From: a virus
Virus record (IMG/VR): IMGVR_UViG_3300021364_000006
Length of the DNA: 64,000 bases
Direction: 5' to 3' (one strand)
The translations under genes and the position numbers were made by a program. Below are positions 16,786 through 26,291 of this stretch, piece after piece. Within the stretch, counting starts at the first letter, position 1. Every line of letters starts with the position of its first letter. The notes under the pieces are model-generated. The model was not told the DNA's origin. It did no database searches and saw nothing but the letters and a program-made list of their open reading frames with translations.

Positions 16786-16815
16786 AAAAAAAGAGAGGTT
16801 GTGAAACCTCTCTTT
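16786..16815. terminator. Bidirectional-type intrinsic terminator
   Basis: aaaaaagagaggtt-gtga-aacctctctttt. Confidence 0.7.
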
Positions 16816-16821
16816 TAAGTT

Positions 16822-17031
16822 TTATTTGTCTTCGTATAATTTTTCTAGTTTCTCTCTAGAAAGATCTACATACATTACTTCATCACCAGGAGCAGGAGCT
16901 TCTGGATGGCGTGGTTTGGGTTTATTCATTTCCACATTAATGGATTGAATATTAGACCACATCATCGCAAACGAAGCACCTGCAATAATACCAAAGCAAA
17001 GAAAGTAAAAGAAAATTTCAAAGTTGTTCAT
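16822..17031 (-). CDS. DUF2973-like membrane protein
   Basis: N-terminal TM helix, RHPEAP..G.EVMYV. Confidence 0.55.
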   Translation of the reverse strand: MNNFEIFFYFLCFGIIAGASFAMMWSNIQSINVEMNKPKPRHPEAPAPGDEVMYVDLSREKLEKLYEDK

Positions 17032-17034
17032 AGT

Positions 17035-17157
17035 TTAATTTCCTTGATAGGTTGGAATCATCATGCCACCTCCCATATCATCATCGTCATCAGGATTCTG
17101 AGTGACGAAATATAAGATCATGAGTATAACAGTTCCAACCAAATATTCAAAGTGCAT
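17035..17157 (-). CDS. Small TM protein
   Basis: [31 protein letters not shown]. Confidence 0.5.
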   Translation of the reverse strand: MHFEYLVGTVILMILYFVTQNPDDDDDMGGGMMIPTYQGN

Positions 17158-18202
17158 TTCCACGGGGGAGAACTTCCTCAGGGAAGATGAAGTTTTCATG
17201 TGGTTGATCAACTTGAGCCATCCAGTTACGGAGACCTTCATTTAGAAGGATGTTCTTGGTGTAGAACGTTTCAAACTCTGGGTCTTCTGCTGCACGAATT
17301 TCTTGAGAGACAAAATCATAAGCGCGAAGATTGAGAGCAAGTCCGATAATACCAATAGAAGCAGTCCAAAGACCCATAACGGGAACAAAAAGCATAAAGA
17401 AATGAAGCCAACGCTTATTAGAGAAAGCAATGCCAAAGATCTGCGACCAGAATCTATTTGCCGTGACCATTGAATACGTCTCTTCTTCTTGAGTCGAATC
17501 AAAAGCCTTAAAAGTGTTTGCTTGTTCGCCATCTTGATACAGGGTATTTTCTACAGTCACTCCATGAATTGCAGAAAGGAGTGCTCCTCCAAGTATACCA
17601 GCAACTCCCATCATATGGAAGGGATTAAGCGTCCAATTGTGGAATCCCTGAAGGAATAGGAGAAAGCGGAAGATCGCTGCAACACCAAATGACGGCGCAA
17701 AGAACCAGCTGGATTGTCCAAGAGGATAGATGAGAAATACACTAACAAATACGGCAATAGGACCCGAAAAAGCAATTGCATTGTACGGTCTAATCCCTAC
17801 GAGACGACTAATTTCAAACTGCCGAAGCATGAAACCTATGAGAGCAAAGGCTCCGTGGAGCGCCACAAAATTCCAGAGTCCCCCAAGTTGGACCCAGCGG
17901 ACGAAATCTCCCTGAGACTCAGGACCCCAAAGTAGAAGAAGAGAATGACCCATAGCGTCAGCAGGAGTTGACACAGCTGCCGTGAGGAAATTAGCACCTT
18001 CAAGATAGGAAGACGCCAATCCGTGGGTATACCAGCTTGTAACAAACGTCGTGCCAGTAAGCCAGCCACCAATTGCCATATAAGCAGTGGGAAAAAGTAG
18101 TAGTCCAGACCAGCCCACAAATACAAAGCGGTCTCGTTTAAGCCAGTCATCCAGGACATCGAACCATCCTCTCTGTGGTGGTGAAAGTGTTGATGCTACC
18201 AT
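17147..18202 (-). CDS. psbD: Photosystem II D2 protein
   Basis: [21 protein letters not shown]...[10 protein letters not shown]. Confidence 0.99.
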   Translation of the reverse strand: MVASTLSPPQRGWFDVLDDWLKRDRFVFVGWSGLLLFPTAYMAIGGWLTGTTFVTSWYTHGLASSYLEGANFLTAAVSTPADAMGHSLLLLWGPESQGDFVRWVQLGGLWNFVALHGAFALIGFMLRQFEISRLVGIRPYNAIAFSGPIAVFVSVFLIYPLGQSSWFFAPSFGVAAIFRFLLFLQGFHNWTLNPFHMMGVAGILGGALLSAIHGVTVENTLYQDGEQANTFKAFDSTQEEETYSMVTANRFWSQIFGIAFSNKRWLHFFMLFVPVMGLWTASIGIIGLALNLRAYDFVSQEIRAAEDPEFETFYTKNILLNEGLRNWMAQVDQPHENFIFPEEVLPRGNAL

Positions 18203-18204
18203 TA

Positions 18205-18435
18205 CTATTTAAAACCTCCATTAGATTTTTTTGTTTTATTGTTTTCTTTATCTAACACTTCAACGTGTGAGATAAATTGTGGTGGATTTTGAAACCATAA
18301 CATCTGAACAGTATCCCAATTGTCAGTAACAATTGTTTTGCCATTTGTCATGAAGACTTTGTAATCATGTCTGTCATATGGCTCTTCAGAAGTTAATTCA
18401 AAATACTGTGGATCACTTTTTTGAATTAGATTCAT
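18205..18435 (-). CDS. Hypothetical protein
   Basis: [25 protein letters not shown]. Confidence 0.6.
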   Translation of the reverse strand: MNLIQKSDPQYFELTSEEPYDRHDYKVFMTNGKTIVTDNWDTVQMLWFQNPPQFISHVEVLDKENNKTKKSNGGFK

Positions 18436-18757
18436 GAGGATGTGCTGGTTTGAATTCACCTTCTGGAAATGGTTGAGATTTACTCAAATCTCTACGAGAC
18501 TGGTTCTTAATAATAATGAAAGCATCTTTATTATACTTTCGAGTACCTAAAGGTGATTGCCACTTTTTGTTGTACTCCTCACCAACATCAATACCAGAAA
18601 CTGAAGTACCACCAATCTCTATGTCAATCTCATCGGTTGATTCCCACCCGAGAGTTTTAATTGTTGCTTGTACCGTGTCCATGATACCGCCTTCTTTCCA
18701 GGCAAAGTATTCAGGATCTTCCATAACGTGTTCCTCTGGATCAAGTTTACCAATCAT
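18413..18757 (-). CDS. Hypothetical protein
   Basis: EIGGTSVSGI..KKW..P.GTRKYNKDAFIIIKN. Confidence 0.65.
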   Translation of the reverse strand: MIGKLDPEEHVMEDPEYFAWKEGGIMDTVQATIKTLGWESTDEIDIEIGGTSVSGIDVGEEYNKKWQSPLGTRKYNKDAFIIIKNQSRRDLSKSQPFPEGEFKPAHPHESNSKK

Positions 18758-18804
18758 AATAGTATCACACAAAGTAAAGGGACAACAACAGTTGAAATAC
18801 CTAT

Positions 18805-18835
18805 AAAAAACCCCGCCAGATATTCTCTGACGGGG
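18805..18835 (-). terminator. psbA intrinsic terminator
   Basis: CCCCGTCAGA-GAATA-TCTGGCGGGG-TTTTTT. Confidence 0.8.
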
Positions 18836-18856
18836 ATGGGACTACCATCAGTCATA

Positions 18857-19936
18857 TCAACCGATGGAAGGAGCAGTTAGAGCCACAGGAGTGGATTCAG
18901 CAGCAGCAAGGTCAAGAGGGAAGTTGTGAGCGTTACGCTCATGCATGACTTCCATGCCTAGACCAGCGCGGTTGAGTACGTCTGCCCAGGTGTTCAGAAC
19001 ACGACCTTGACCATCTTGGATGGACTGGTTGAAGTTGAAACCATTGAGGTTGAATGCCATGGTGCTAACACCAAGTGCAGTGAACCAGATTCCTACGACA
19101 GGCCATGCTGCGAGGAAGAAGTGTAGTGAACGGGAGTTGTTGAAAGACGCATATTGGAAGATGAGACGACCAAAGTAACCGTGAGCGGCGACGATGTTGT
19201 AGGTCTCTTCTTCTTGACCGAACTTATAACCATAGTTCTGGGACTCGGTTTCAGTGGTTTCACGAACCAGTGAAGAGGTAACTAGTGAACCATGCATTGC
19301 GGAGAACAGTGAACCACCGAAGACACCAGCCACACCTAGCATGTGGAAGGGGTGCATTAGGATGTTGTGCTCTGCTTGGAAGACAAGCATGTAGTTGAAA
19401 GTACCAGAGATGCCAAGAGGCATACCATCAGAGAAAGAACCTTGACCGAAAGGATAGACCAGGAACACTGCACTCGCTGCAGCAACAGGTGCCGAGTATG
19501 CAACACAGATCCAGGGACGCATACCTAGACGGTAGGAAAGTTCCCACTCACGACCCATATAGCAGAAGACGCCAATGAGGAAATGGAATACTACAAGTTG
19601 GTAAGGACCACCGTTATACAGCCACTCGTCAAGCGATGCGGCTTCCCAGATGGGATAGAAGTGAAGACCAATTGCGTTGGAAGAGGGAACAACTGCACCA
19701 GAGATGATGTTGTTTCCGTACATGAGTGAACCAGCGACGGGTTCACGGATGCCGTCGATGTCCACAGGGGGAGCAGCGACGAAGGCGGTGATGAAGCAGA
19801 TTGTGGCTGCCAACAGAGTTGGGATCATCAGCACACCGAACCAACCGACATAGAGGCGGTTATTGGTAGAAGTTACCCACTCGCAGAAATTCTCCCAAGT
19901 GGATGCGCCTTGCTGGCGCGAAAGAGTTGAAGCCAT
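18857..19936 (-). CDS. psbA: Photosystem II D1 protein
   Basis: [14 protein letters not shown]...[13 protein letters not shown]; uninterrupted, no intron. Confidence 0.99.
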   Translation of the reverse strand: MASTLSRQQGASTWENFCEWVTSTNNRLYVGWFGVLMIPTLLAATICFITAFVAAPPVDIDGIREPVAGSLMYGNNIISGAVVPSSNAIGLHFYPIWEAASLDEWLYNGGPYQLVVFHFLIGVFCYMGREWELSYRLGMRPWICVAYSAPVAAASAVFLVYPFGQGSFSDGMPLGISGTFNYMLVFQAEHNILMHPFHMLGVAGVFGGSLFSAMHGSLVTSSLVRETTETESQNYGYKFGQEEETYNIVAAHGYFGRLIFQYASFNNSRSLHFFLAAWPVVGIWFTALGVSTMAFNLNGFNFNQSIQDGQGRVLNTWADVLNRAGLGMEVMHERNAHNFPLDLAAAESTPVALTAPSIG

Positions 19937-19949
19937 TGTTTTAAACAAA

Positions 19950-20060
19950 AAAGTAAGACCATCAGGGAAATGGTGGAGTTACTATTTCCTCGCACCCTTA
20001 GCGAGGATATGAAAGACGTTTTTATACTCCCTAGAGGTCTTGGTTTACGGGGAGTTGAAC
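19950..20060 (-). ncRNA. Structured psbA 5' leader (PhotoRC-II-like RNA motif)
   Basis: CUCCC...GACCUCUAGGGAG...GUCUUUCAUAUCCUCGC-UAAGGGU-GCGAGGA hairpins directly upstream of phage psbA. Confidence 0.55.
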
Positions 20061-20097
20061 AAAAAATTAAGAACGTTACGTTTCTTAACCTGTTGAC

Positions 20098-20132
20098 TTA
20101 TTTAGTATAACAGATCCTAGGGGGCCCGTCAA
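20098..20132 (-). promoter_or_regulatory. psbA promoter: sigma70 plus overlapping late motif
   Basis: TTGACG-N17-TATACT running into CTAAATA. Confidence 0.75.
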
Positions 20133-20168
20133 GAGGATTGGTCAGGATAAATAGAAGCAGCTAACCTA

Positions 20169-20669
20169 ATGGGTCAATTCATGAAAAAAGTATTTTTGAC
20201 TTTGGGAATGCTTTTGATGGCCGCCCCTGCTTACGCAGACATTACAACTAAAATGTCCTCTAGCGTTCAGTTGACCGTAGACGCTGCCGCCTCACAAGCA
20301 ACCCGAATTGGATCTTCATACTCTGTAAGTGGATCTAACGTTTCGATTACCACGGAGGGTGGTCTTGGAGCACTTACTGCTGGTAGCGCAGTTGGTTATA
20401 CAGCAACCGACTACTCTGCCCCCTCCGATGGAACCGCCTACAGCTTCAGTGAAGCGTTCACAGAAGGAGACGCAACCCCATCAAACACAACCATTACTAG
20501 CGGTGTGGCTCCATCCCTCCCCGCGTTTGGAAGTGTCACGACCACTGCTGGTGGGGTGGCTGGCGACCTCGCTGGGAGTATCGATAGCTCTGGCACGCTC
20601 TCACTGACCGCTGGCGGAGCTGGTACTTCAGCCACTGGCCAATTCGTAACCGAAATCACCGTCAAATAA
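20169..20669 (+). CDS. Secreted/virion Ser-Gly-Thr-rich protein
   Basis: Signal peptide MKKVFLTLGMLLMAAPAYA; ATAAATA late motif at 20147-20153. Confidence 0.7.
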   Translation: MGQFMKKVFLTLGMLLMAAPAYADITTKMSSSVQLTVDAAASQATRIGSSYSVSGSNVSITTEGGLGALTAGSAVGYTATDYSAPSDGTAYSFSEAFTEGDATPSNTTITSGVAPSLPAFGSVTTTAGGVAGDLAGSIDSSGTLSLTAGGAGTSATGQFVTEITVK

Positions 20670-21113
20670 ATGACTAGATTACAAGAAGCAATCAGTCTAG
20701 GATTGGTTCTTGGTGTGATTCATGGTTTGGTTCAACCTGCATATTCAGTGCCTGTTGTACCAAACTTCACACAGGGCTCAATGACGAGCCACACCGAAAC
20801 CACATCCAAGGTAACTGAGACCATCAATTCGATGGACTATAACACTGGATATCAATATTCAGCAACTGGATCTGGTATTACAGCAAATGGAAATTTATCC
20901 CCAGGTACGGGATCTATAAATGTAACTATTGATGGAGTGACATCATCATGGACAGGGGTAACAAGCAAACCAACGTTCCAACAAACAACACCAGGTGCAG
21001 CGTTTCAGTTCACGGAAACGTACATGGGACCAGGGCTAAGCAACCACACGATTATTCAGAGAGAAACGGAAGTAACAAGCGTCACAGACACTACAAGTAT
21101 CTTCCAGCAGTAA
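20670..21113 (+). CDS. Secreted hypothetical protein
   Basis: Signal peptide, VPVVPNFTQGSM, GAAFQFTETY.GPG. Confidence 0.7.
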   Translation: MTRLQEAISLGLVLGVIHGLVQPAYSVPVVPNFTQGSMTSHTETTSKVTETINSMDYNTGYQYSATGSGITANGNLSPGTGSINVTIDGVTSSWTGVTSKPTFQQTTPGAAFQFTETYMGPGLSNHTIIQRETEVTSVTDTTSIFQQ

Positions 21114-21931
21114 TCGCATTGCTATTTGCATCTCCAGTAAATGCAGAAACTGTTGGTGGTGTTAGTGCAACTGCTGCTCCTGTAGCAAACTCATCAGGAT
21201 CAGTGACCAATCAGGCCATCCAGGTATTACAAGGCCCATATATCACTAACACGTATGGTGGAGGAATCCAGTGTCAAGGGCCCACTCTAAATATCACCCC
21301 ATTCATAACAGGTTCTGCATCTGCACAAAAACCTTTTGAGGATTTTTATGATACTCCAGTTTATGATATGCGTGATCTAGATGAAGATGGAGCACCCGAT
21401 AATCCAGGCTCGATTCTTTGGTATCAACCAACAAGAACTGGACAGAAAGACAATTACAATCTGTCACTAGGTGTCAGTGCAACGTGGTCAATTCCACAAG
21501 ATAAAAAATTACAAGATCAATGTAAGCAAGCAGCAAATGCAAACATCGATCTTATGCGTCAACAACATGCCAATAAAAGGCTCGACTTTGAGATAGCTCG
21601 TCTCAAGAATTGTGGCGAATTAATGCAAAAAGGAATCATGTTTCACCCAAAGAGCCCATACTATTCTGTGTGTGCAGATGTGGTGGTGATGAATAAAAAT
21701 CAAATTGCACCACATCGCCATACTATCCCCGCCCCTTCAAGGTCCGAATCGCCTTATTCCTCAGACGCTGCTGCCCTCGGCGCTCCTTTAACGACTCCAC
21801 CTGGGTCTTCTTACCCCTTATCGCGGCAATCTTCTTTATCACCTTCTTCACAGTCGGTTTCACCACTCTTAACAAAAGATCAGCAAGAGGTTTTGCGAGC
21901 AGTGCAGAAGTCGTCGCAACAACGGCAATAG
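20948..21931 (+). CDS. Secreted hypothetical protein (start uncertain)
   Basis: PVANSSGSVTNQAIQV, YGGGIQCQGPT, LDFEIARLKNCGEL, CADVVV. Confidence 0.65.
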   Translation: MDRGNKQTNVPTNNTRCSVSVHGNVHGTRAKQPHDYSERNGSNKRHRHYKYLPAVIALLFASPVNAETVGGVSATAAPVANSSGSVTNQAIQVLQGPYITNTYGGGIQCQGPTLNITPFITGSASAQKPFEDFYDTPVYDMRDLDEDGAPDNPGSILWYQPTRTGQKDNYNLSLGVSATWSIPQDKKLQDQCKQAANANIDLMRQQHANKRLDFEIARLKNCGELMQKGIMFHPKSPYYSVCADVVVMNKNQIAPHRHTIPAPSRSESPYSSDAAALGAPLTTPPGSSYPLSRQSSLSPSSQSVSPLLTKDQQEVLRAVQKSSQQRQ

Positions 21932-22484
21932 ATGCAGTGGTGGTGATTGCACCCGCTGATGGTATTGCCTGAACAATCTGATCTGGGATCTTGATATCTT
22001 CTTTAACTGGTATACATTCTTTTCCGACCAGTCTATATTCAACAATTTTTTTAGTCCCACCATCTACTAGTGTACCGATAGGTTCCTTGAGTTCTTGTGC
22101 TTCTGTTGGACAGTTTACAGTGACAGCTCGATCGACTGGAATTTCAGGCGTTTCTGGTACTGCTGGTGGGGCTTTATATGGTGGAACTGGTGCCTTAGGT
22201 GTTTGTATGTGATCTTCAGCATTAAAGTTAATTGGATTAAATGCTGGAATACTACCATCACAAAAAACCCTGGCACCATTTTCATCATCATCTGATAGTT
22301 CACCATTTCTTCCCCTGTCTTGTGGGTGTGCAACAACACACCCAGGGATGTCAACAACTGGAACTCCAATGTTCTGTGTGACAGGAACAGTTGGTGGTAA
22401 TGATTGTGGTGGTGTACGTACCCAAGTATTGATCTCTGGAATATCAAGAGATCGGATTCCAATATCACGAATTTCCATCAGCAA
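21723..22484 (-). CDS. Pro/Cys-rich membrane-anchored hypothetical protein
   Basis: PVVDIPGCV.AH, CDG.IPAFNP, TM segment TTASIAVVATTSALLAKP, basic tail. Confidence 0.7.
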   Translation of the reverse strand: MLMEIRDIGIRSLDIPEINTWVRTPPQSLPPTVPVTQNIGVPVVDIPGCVVAHPQDRGRNGELSDDDENGARVFCDGSIPAFNPINFNAEDHIQTPKAPVPPYKAPPAVPETPEIPVDRAVTVNCPTEAQELKEPIGTLVDGGTKKIVEYRLVGKECIPVKEDIKIPDQIVQAIPSAGAITTTASIAVVATTSALLAKPLADLLLRVVKPTVKKVIKKIAAIRGKKTQVESLKERRGQQRLRNKAIRTLKGRG

Positions 22485-23050
22485 TCATTAAACGCACTAC
22501 CAATTTCAGATCCAATTTCAGATCCTGCTTTTTGACCCAACATCAATGCCCAACCACCAGCTAACCATCCAACATAAGGAATACTAGAAACAGCAGGAAC
22601 TGCAACACCAGCAGCGATAGCACTACCCGCCATTGCACCTTGTGACCGTGCTCCAGCGTCCGCCACGATGCACTCTACTTCTTTTGCAGACTTTCCCTCA
22701 CCGTCCAGCGTTGTGGCACCTCCCATGTTTCTAACACCGTCCATGGTAAATTGATCAGTGCGGTATTCTCTCCGCTTCTCAACTCCTCCACCAAAGAGCC
22801 CTTTCTTGTCACGATCAACTTCTAGTGACTTATTGGACTCTAAGATAGCAGGATCATTCGCTTTAAATTTTATTTTATACCCATCTTTATTTGCTTCTAC
22901 TTCATATGAGGAGTAGTCACCAGATGGGAAATTTATCATTGGATAGTCTGGTTTGGTTTCCTGCATAAGATAACCAAGCAAACCTACATGAGCAACAGCA
23001 AAAAGACCGCCAACAACAATGCCAACAGTCTTGAAAGTAAATGGTTTCAT
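22478..23050 (-). CDS. Membrane protein with glycine-zipper-like C-terminus
   Basis: ECIVADAGARSQGAMAG..IPYVGWLAGGW..GSEIG. Confidence 0.7.
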   Translation of the reverse strand: MKPFTFKTVGIVVGGLFAVAHVGLLGYLMQETKPDYPMINFPSGDYSSYEVEANKDGYKIKFKANDPAILESNKSLEVDRDKKGLFGGGVEKRREYRTDQFTMDGVRNMGGATTLDGEGKSAKEVECIVADAGARSQGAMAGSAIAAGVAVPAVSSIPYVGWLAGGWALMLGQKAGSEIGSEIGSAFNDC

Positions 23051-23052
23051 TT

Positions 23053-23310
23053 TTAGAAAGGCATCACGCCACCAGTAGCACTAGGAACTTCGGGAACAAC
23101 ATTGCCAGTTACTTCTGGTAACTCAGGCATTGCTCCATCCAACATACCAGGGAGTGCTGAAGTAATTGCTTCAGTGGCATGTTTTGTTACTTGTTCTTTA
23201 ACGCCATCAATAATAGCGTCTCTTTGTAGATACAAATAAGTTCCACCACCGACGATGCCTGCAACACCGACGAATGATAGAACTGATAGAACATTAATTA
23301 ACTTTTGCAT
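23053..23310 (-). CDS. Membrane hypothetical protein
   Basis: MQKLINVLSVLSF..GG.YLY; Pro-rich tail. Confidence 0.65.
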   Translation of the reverse strand: MQKLINVLSVLSFVGVAGIVGGGTYLYLQRDAIIDGVKEQVTKHATEAITSALPGMLDGAMPELPEVTGNVVPEVPSATGGVMPF

Positions 23311-23593
23311 TTTCTTCCTCCTTTTTACCAATAGGTGGTGCTTTCTTAGGAGCAGTACCACCATTTTTGGCAGGACTCAAACCAAATGCAGCTAAAGAGC
23401 CAGAAAACACTGATGCAATGAAGGTAGGGTCAAAATCAAGAATTTTTTGACCGTTTGGAAGTCTGACGTAGCTAAACGTGAGAAGAGATGCGGACCATAT
23501 AAGTACGACAACTTTCACCAGATTACCAAGAACTTCACTCTTATCTTCATCATGGTCCTTCTCTTCTACATCTGCTTTGGATTTTCCAAGCAT
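23294..23593 (-). CDS. Two-TM membrane protein
   Basis: LVKVVVLIWSASLLTFSY, FDPTFIASVFSGSLAAFG. Confidence 0.65.
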   Translation of the reverse strand: MLGKSKADVEEKDHDEDKSEVLGNLVKVVVLIWSASLLTFSYVRLPNGQKILDFDPTFIASVFSGSLAAFGLSPAKNGGTAPKKAPPIGKKEEENAKVN

Positions 23594-23623
23594 TAGTAGA
23601 GAGCAAGGCCCTGGTATTTAGCA

Positions 23624-24508
23624 TCAGTGGAAGTGAAATTTAGATCTAGAATGTCTTGAACTCCTACCATGATGTCGATGACCTTCACCATGAGAATGTT
23701 TATGACTATGAATCATATCTTTCCTCCAATGATAATGAACATGCTTATGACGCTGATAATTGTGATGATGGTGACGATGATATCCCCTTGGATAGAAATA
23801 AAAATCATACTCAATATGAGGAAGATAATTATTTTCCTGCAACCATTCACGGGTCATAGGAGTGGGCTCATAATCAGACCACATCGTTCCAGCAGCACAG
23901 GACTCAAGTGCCTTTTGAGTCATACCCTCAGTCTTTCCTGCCCATGATGCTTCCGCTTCCCAAGGCACTGCTGCCGAAGGGTATGTACTTTCTACCATTT
24001 TACGCCATACTGATGGCACCGAATCTTCAGGAAGAATAATGGCAACCAATGAATTATCGATTGTTCCAGCCATACAATCCTGTGCAGCGTGCCAACCTTC
24101 ATGACGCATTACACTCATCAATACATGCGGGCGATGCATGAATGCTTTGTTTAGAAAAAAGTTGTTACTAACAGTGTGGTAAACGCCACGATGTCCAATA
24201 GGAAAATATTTGGAATCTGCTAGAAACACCTCAACTCCGATCTGTTTAAGAGAAAAGAGCATTGAGTTGAACTCGTTAGCAACAAAATCAAAATCAGTAT
24301 CGGGATACTCGTCAGCAATACGAGCGATACTTTCGACTTTATCGACTCCATTTGTACATTCGCGAAGGAGCATACAACCCATGGCATCCATGGTATTGTA
24401 CCCTTTAGTTATCTTATCTTCATTCGCTAGTGTTGGACTCGTCCCGAACAGGCAAGTACCAATTAGGATTGAGTTCAAGGCATTTTTCAAGTTGATAAAC
24501 TTGTTCAC
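23624..24508 (-). CDS. Putative zincin metallopeptidase with His-rich C-terminal tail
   Basis: Signal-like N-terminus (GTG start), RGVY, VMRHEGWHAAQDC (HExxH), WEAEA. Confidence 0.65.
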   Translation of the reverse strand: MNKFINLKNALNSILIGTCLFGTSPTLANEDKITKGYNTMDAMGCMLLRECTNGVDKVESIARIADEYPDTDFDFVANEFNSMLFSLKQIGVEVFLADSKYFPIGHRGVYHTVSNNFFLNKAFMHRPHVLMSVMRHEGWHAAQDCMAGTIDNSLVAIILPEDSVPSVWRKMVESTYPSAAVPWEAEASWAGKTEGMTQKALESCAAGTMWSDYEPTPMTREWLQENNYLPHIEYDFYFYPRGYHRHHHHNYQRHKHVHYHWRKDMIHSHKHSHGEGHRHHGRSSRHSRSKFHFH

Positions 24509-24707
24509 GATGAGTGTTCTCCAAATAATTTTCAAAATGATATTCGATATGGTCAATACCTGTGTTGCCTTGACTTACCCAGTCGTGACAAAATTCATAT
24601 ACAGCACGACAGTGTTCATTCAAATGATGACTTAGGGCGCGAAAAACAGCCGCACGTAGTTGCATCCTGTCGTCTGCATACCTCCAGTCTTTTGGAAATT
24701 CAGACAT
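24420..24707 (-). CDS. Hypothetical protein
   Basis: DWRYADDRMQLR...VYEFCHDWV. Confidence 0.55.
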   Translation of the reverse strand: MSEFPKDWRYADDRMQLRAAVFRALSHHLNEHCRAVYEFCHDWVSQGNTGIDHIEYHFENYLENTHREQVYQLEKCLELNPNWYLPVRDESNTSE

Positions 24708-24712
24708 GATAA

Positions 24713-24778
24713 TAAAAAAGGACTACGGTATATATCATACCATAGTCCTAGTATAGTGCAACGTCAGTAAAGTGTCAA
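24713..24778 (-). terminator. pstS terminator interleaved with promoter TTGACA-N17-TATACT
   Basis: AGGACTATGGTAT-GAT-ATATACCGTAGTCCT-TTTTT hairpin right after the -10 box. Confidence 0.7.
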
Positions 24779-25770
24779 CGAAGAGTTTCAACAGCAGCAA
24801 GAGCCTTTTGTCGAAGATCCTCTGGGAGAGGTACATAACCCAGAGCATCAGACTTTGCTTGTGATTTTTCACTCAACATATAACGAAGGGTTTCCTTGAC
24901 GCCAGGAGCAGACTCTGGGTAGGCAAGGATCCAAGTAAGGGAGACAATTGGATATGCATTAGCACCAGCAGGATTTGCATCAGCACCACGGAGTTGATCG
25001 TCAAGAACAATCTTAGACAGACCAGCAGCAGAAGTTTCGCTGTTAGCAGTTACAAAGTTACCCGCTCTGTTTTGTAAGGCAACCTGTTGGAACTTTCCAC
25101 CATTTACATAACCATAATTTAGATAACCAATAGAACCAGGTTGATTCTTGATAGTAGCAGCAACACCAGAGTTACCTTTACCACCAACACCAACTGGCCA
25201 TCGAACTGATTTACCAGTTCCTACAGTCTTCTTAAACTCGGGAGAGAAGGCAGACAGAGAATTGGTAAAACCTTTGGTAGTGCCAGAACCATCAGAACGC
25301 CATACAGTAACGATCTGCTTGTCAGCACAACCGAAAGCAGACCAGTTGGTGATCTTACCAAGGAAGACATCAGCCAGTTCAGTCTGAGTCATCTTGGCAT
25401 CACAACCAGGATAGTTGTAAGCAGGAACGATGGCACCACCAGTCATGGGAACATGAACCATGGGCAGTTTCTGCTTAGCATCTGACACAGCACCATCAGA
25501 GGCACCGAAGTCAACAGTCTTTGCAGTATATTGACGGACACCAGCACCACTACCAACTGCTTGATAGTTCACTTTGTTTCCAGTTTCTTCGGCAAAAGAT
25601 TGGAACCAGGAGTTATACAAAGGAGCAGGGAAGGTCGCACCTGCCCCGTTGAGTTTGAAGACAGCAGGGGCGTCTGCCTTCTTGTCCCCACCCCACCAGA
25701 AAGCCTGTGCAGCTGCGGGAATACTGATAGCAGCAGTGATACCTGCCGCAAGGAGAAGTGAACGTTTCAT
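24775..25770 (-). CDS. pstS: Phosphate ABC transporter substrate-binding protein
   Basis: LNGAGATFPAPLY, YQAVGSGAG, DFGASD, RSDGSGTT, YPIVSLTW. Confidence 0.97.
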   Translation of the reverse strand: MKRSLLLAAGITAAISIPAAAQAFWWGGDKKADAPAVFKLNGAGATFPAPLYNSWFQSFAEETGNKVNYQAVGSGAGVRQYTAKTVDFGASDGAVSDAKQKLPMVHVPMTGGAIVPAYNYPGCDAKMTQTELADVFLGKITNWSAFGCADKQIVTVWRSDGSGTTKGFTNSLSAFSPEFKKTVGTGKSVRWPVGVGGKGNSGVAATIKNQPGSIGYLNYGYVNGGKFQQVALQNRAGNFVTANSETSAAGLSKIVLDDQLRGADANPAGANAYPIVSLTWILAYPESAPGVKETLRYMLSEKSQAKSDALGYVPLPEDLRQKALAAVETLR

Positions 25771-25781
25771 TAGTCAATTCC

Positions 25782-26141
25782 TCAGAACTTGTACTTAGTG
25801 CCGACTTCTACTTTCCAGTCACGAGTGTCATCATCTTGGAAGAGATTCTCAAACTTACCATAAGCAGAGAACTGATCAGTAACTTTGATCTTAGTTCCAA
25901 CTTCCAGAACAGTGAAGGTTGTGCTCTCACCACTATCAGGATAAGAGATACCAGCACCACCTTCGATGTAAGGCTTCAGAGCACCCCACTTAGTTTCATA
26001 ACCAACACGTCCCTGATGAACAGTCTTGGAGTAATCATTATCTGTGCCTTTTAATTCGTGCTTGGACTCTACATAGGGTCCTGCAAGGGCAGGTGTCGCC
26101 AGTGCAGATGCTGCCAGTGCGGCAAGTGCGATTGCTTTCAT
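25782..26141 (-). CDS. Small outer-membrane beta-barrel/porin-like protein (paralog 1)
   Basis: Signal peptide, AGPYVE, VGYE, YIEGG, C-terminal GTKYKF (terminal Phe). Confidence 0.7.
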   Translation of the reverse strand: MKAIALAALAASALATPALAGPYVESKHELKGTDNDYSKTVHQGRVGYETKWGALKPYIEGGAGISYPDSGESTTFTVLEVGTKIKVTDQFSAYGKFENLFQDDDTRDWKVEVGTKYKF

Positions 26142-26189
26142 TTGTAATTCCTTTGCAATGTTTTAGATTTGTCCTTTGAAGACTTGAAT

Positions 26190-26243
26190 ATTATAACAGT
26201 GTCTTCAAATTTTGTCGTTAATATCAAGTTAAATTGATTTAAC
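26190..26243 (-). promoter_or_regulatory. Pho-box-type promoter for the porin-like gene and pstS
   Basis: Three TTAA-core direct repeats at 10-11-bp spacing (26218, 26229, 26239) upstream of TATAAT (26190-26195). Confidence 0.6.
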
Positions 26244-26291
26244 GTTAGACAAACCTCGGTATATATGACAACTTAACTTATTTTTTACCAT

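Noticed and set aside
18857-19936. Intron or homing endonuclease in psbA (also checked nrdA, nrdB, gp43 for introns/inteins)
   Set aside because: Reading frames are continuous and of normal length
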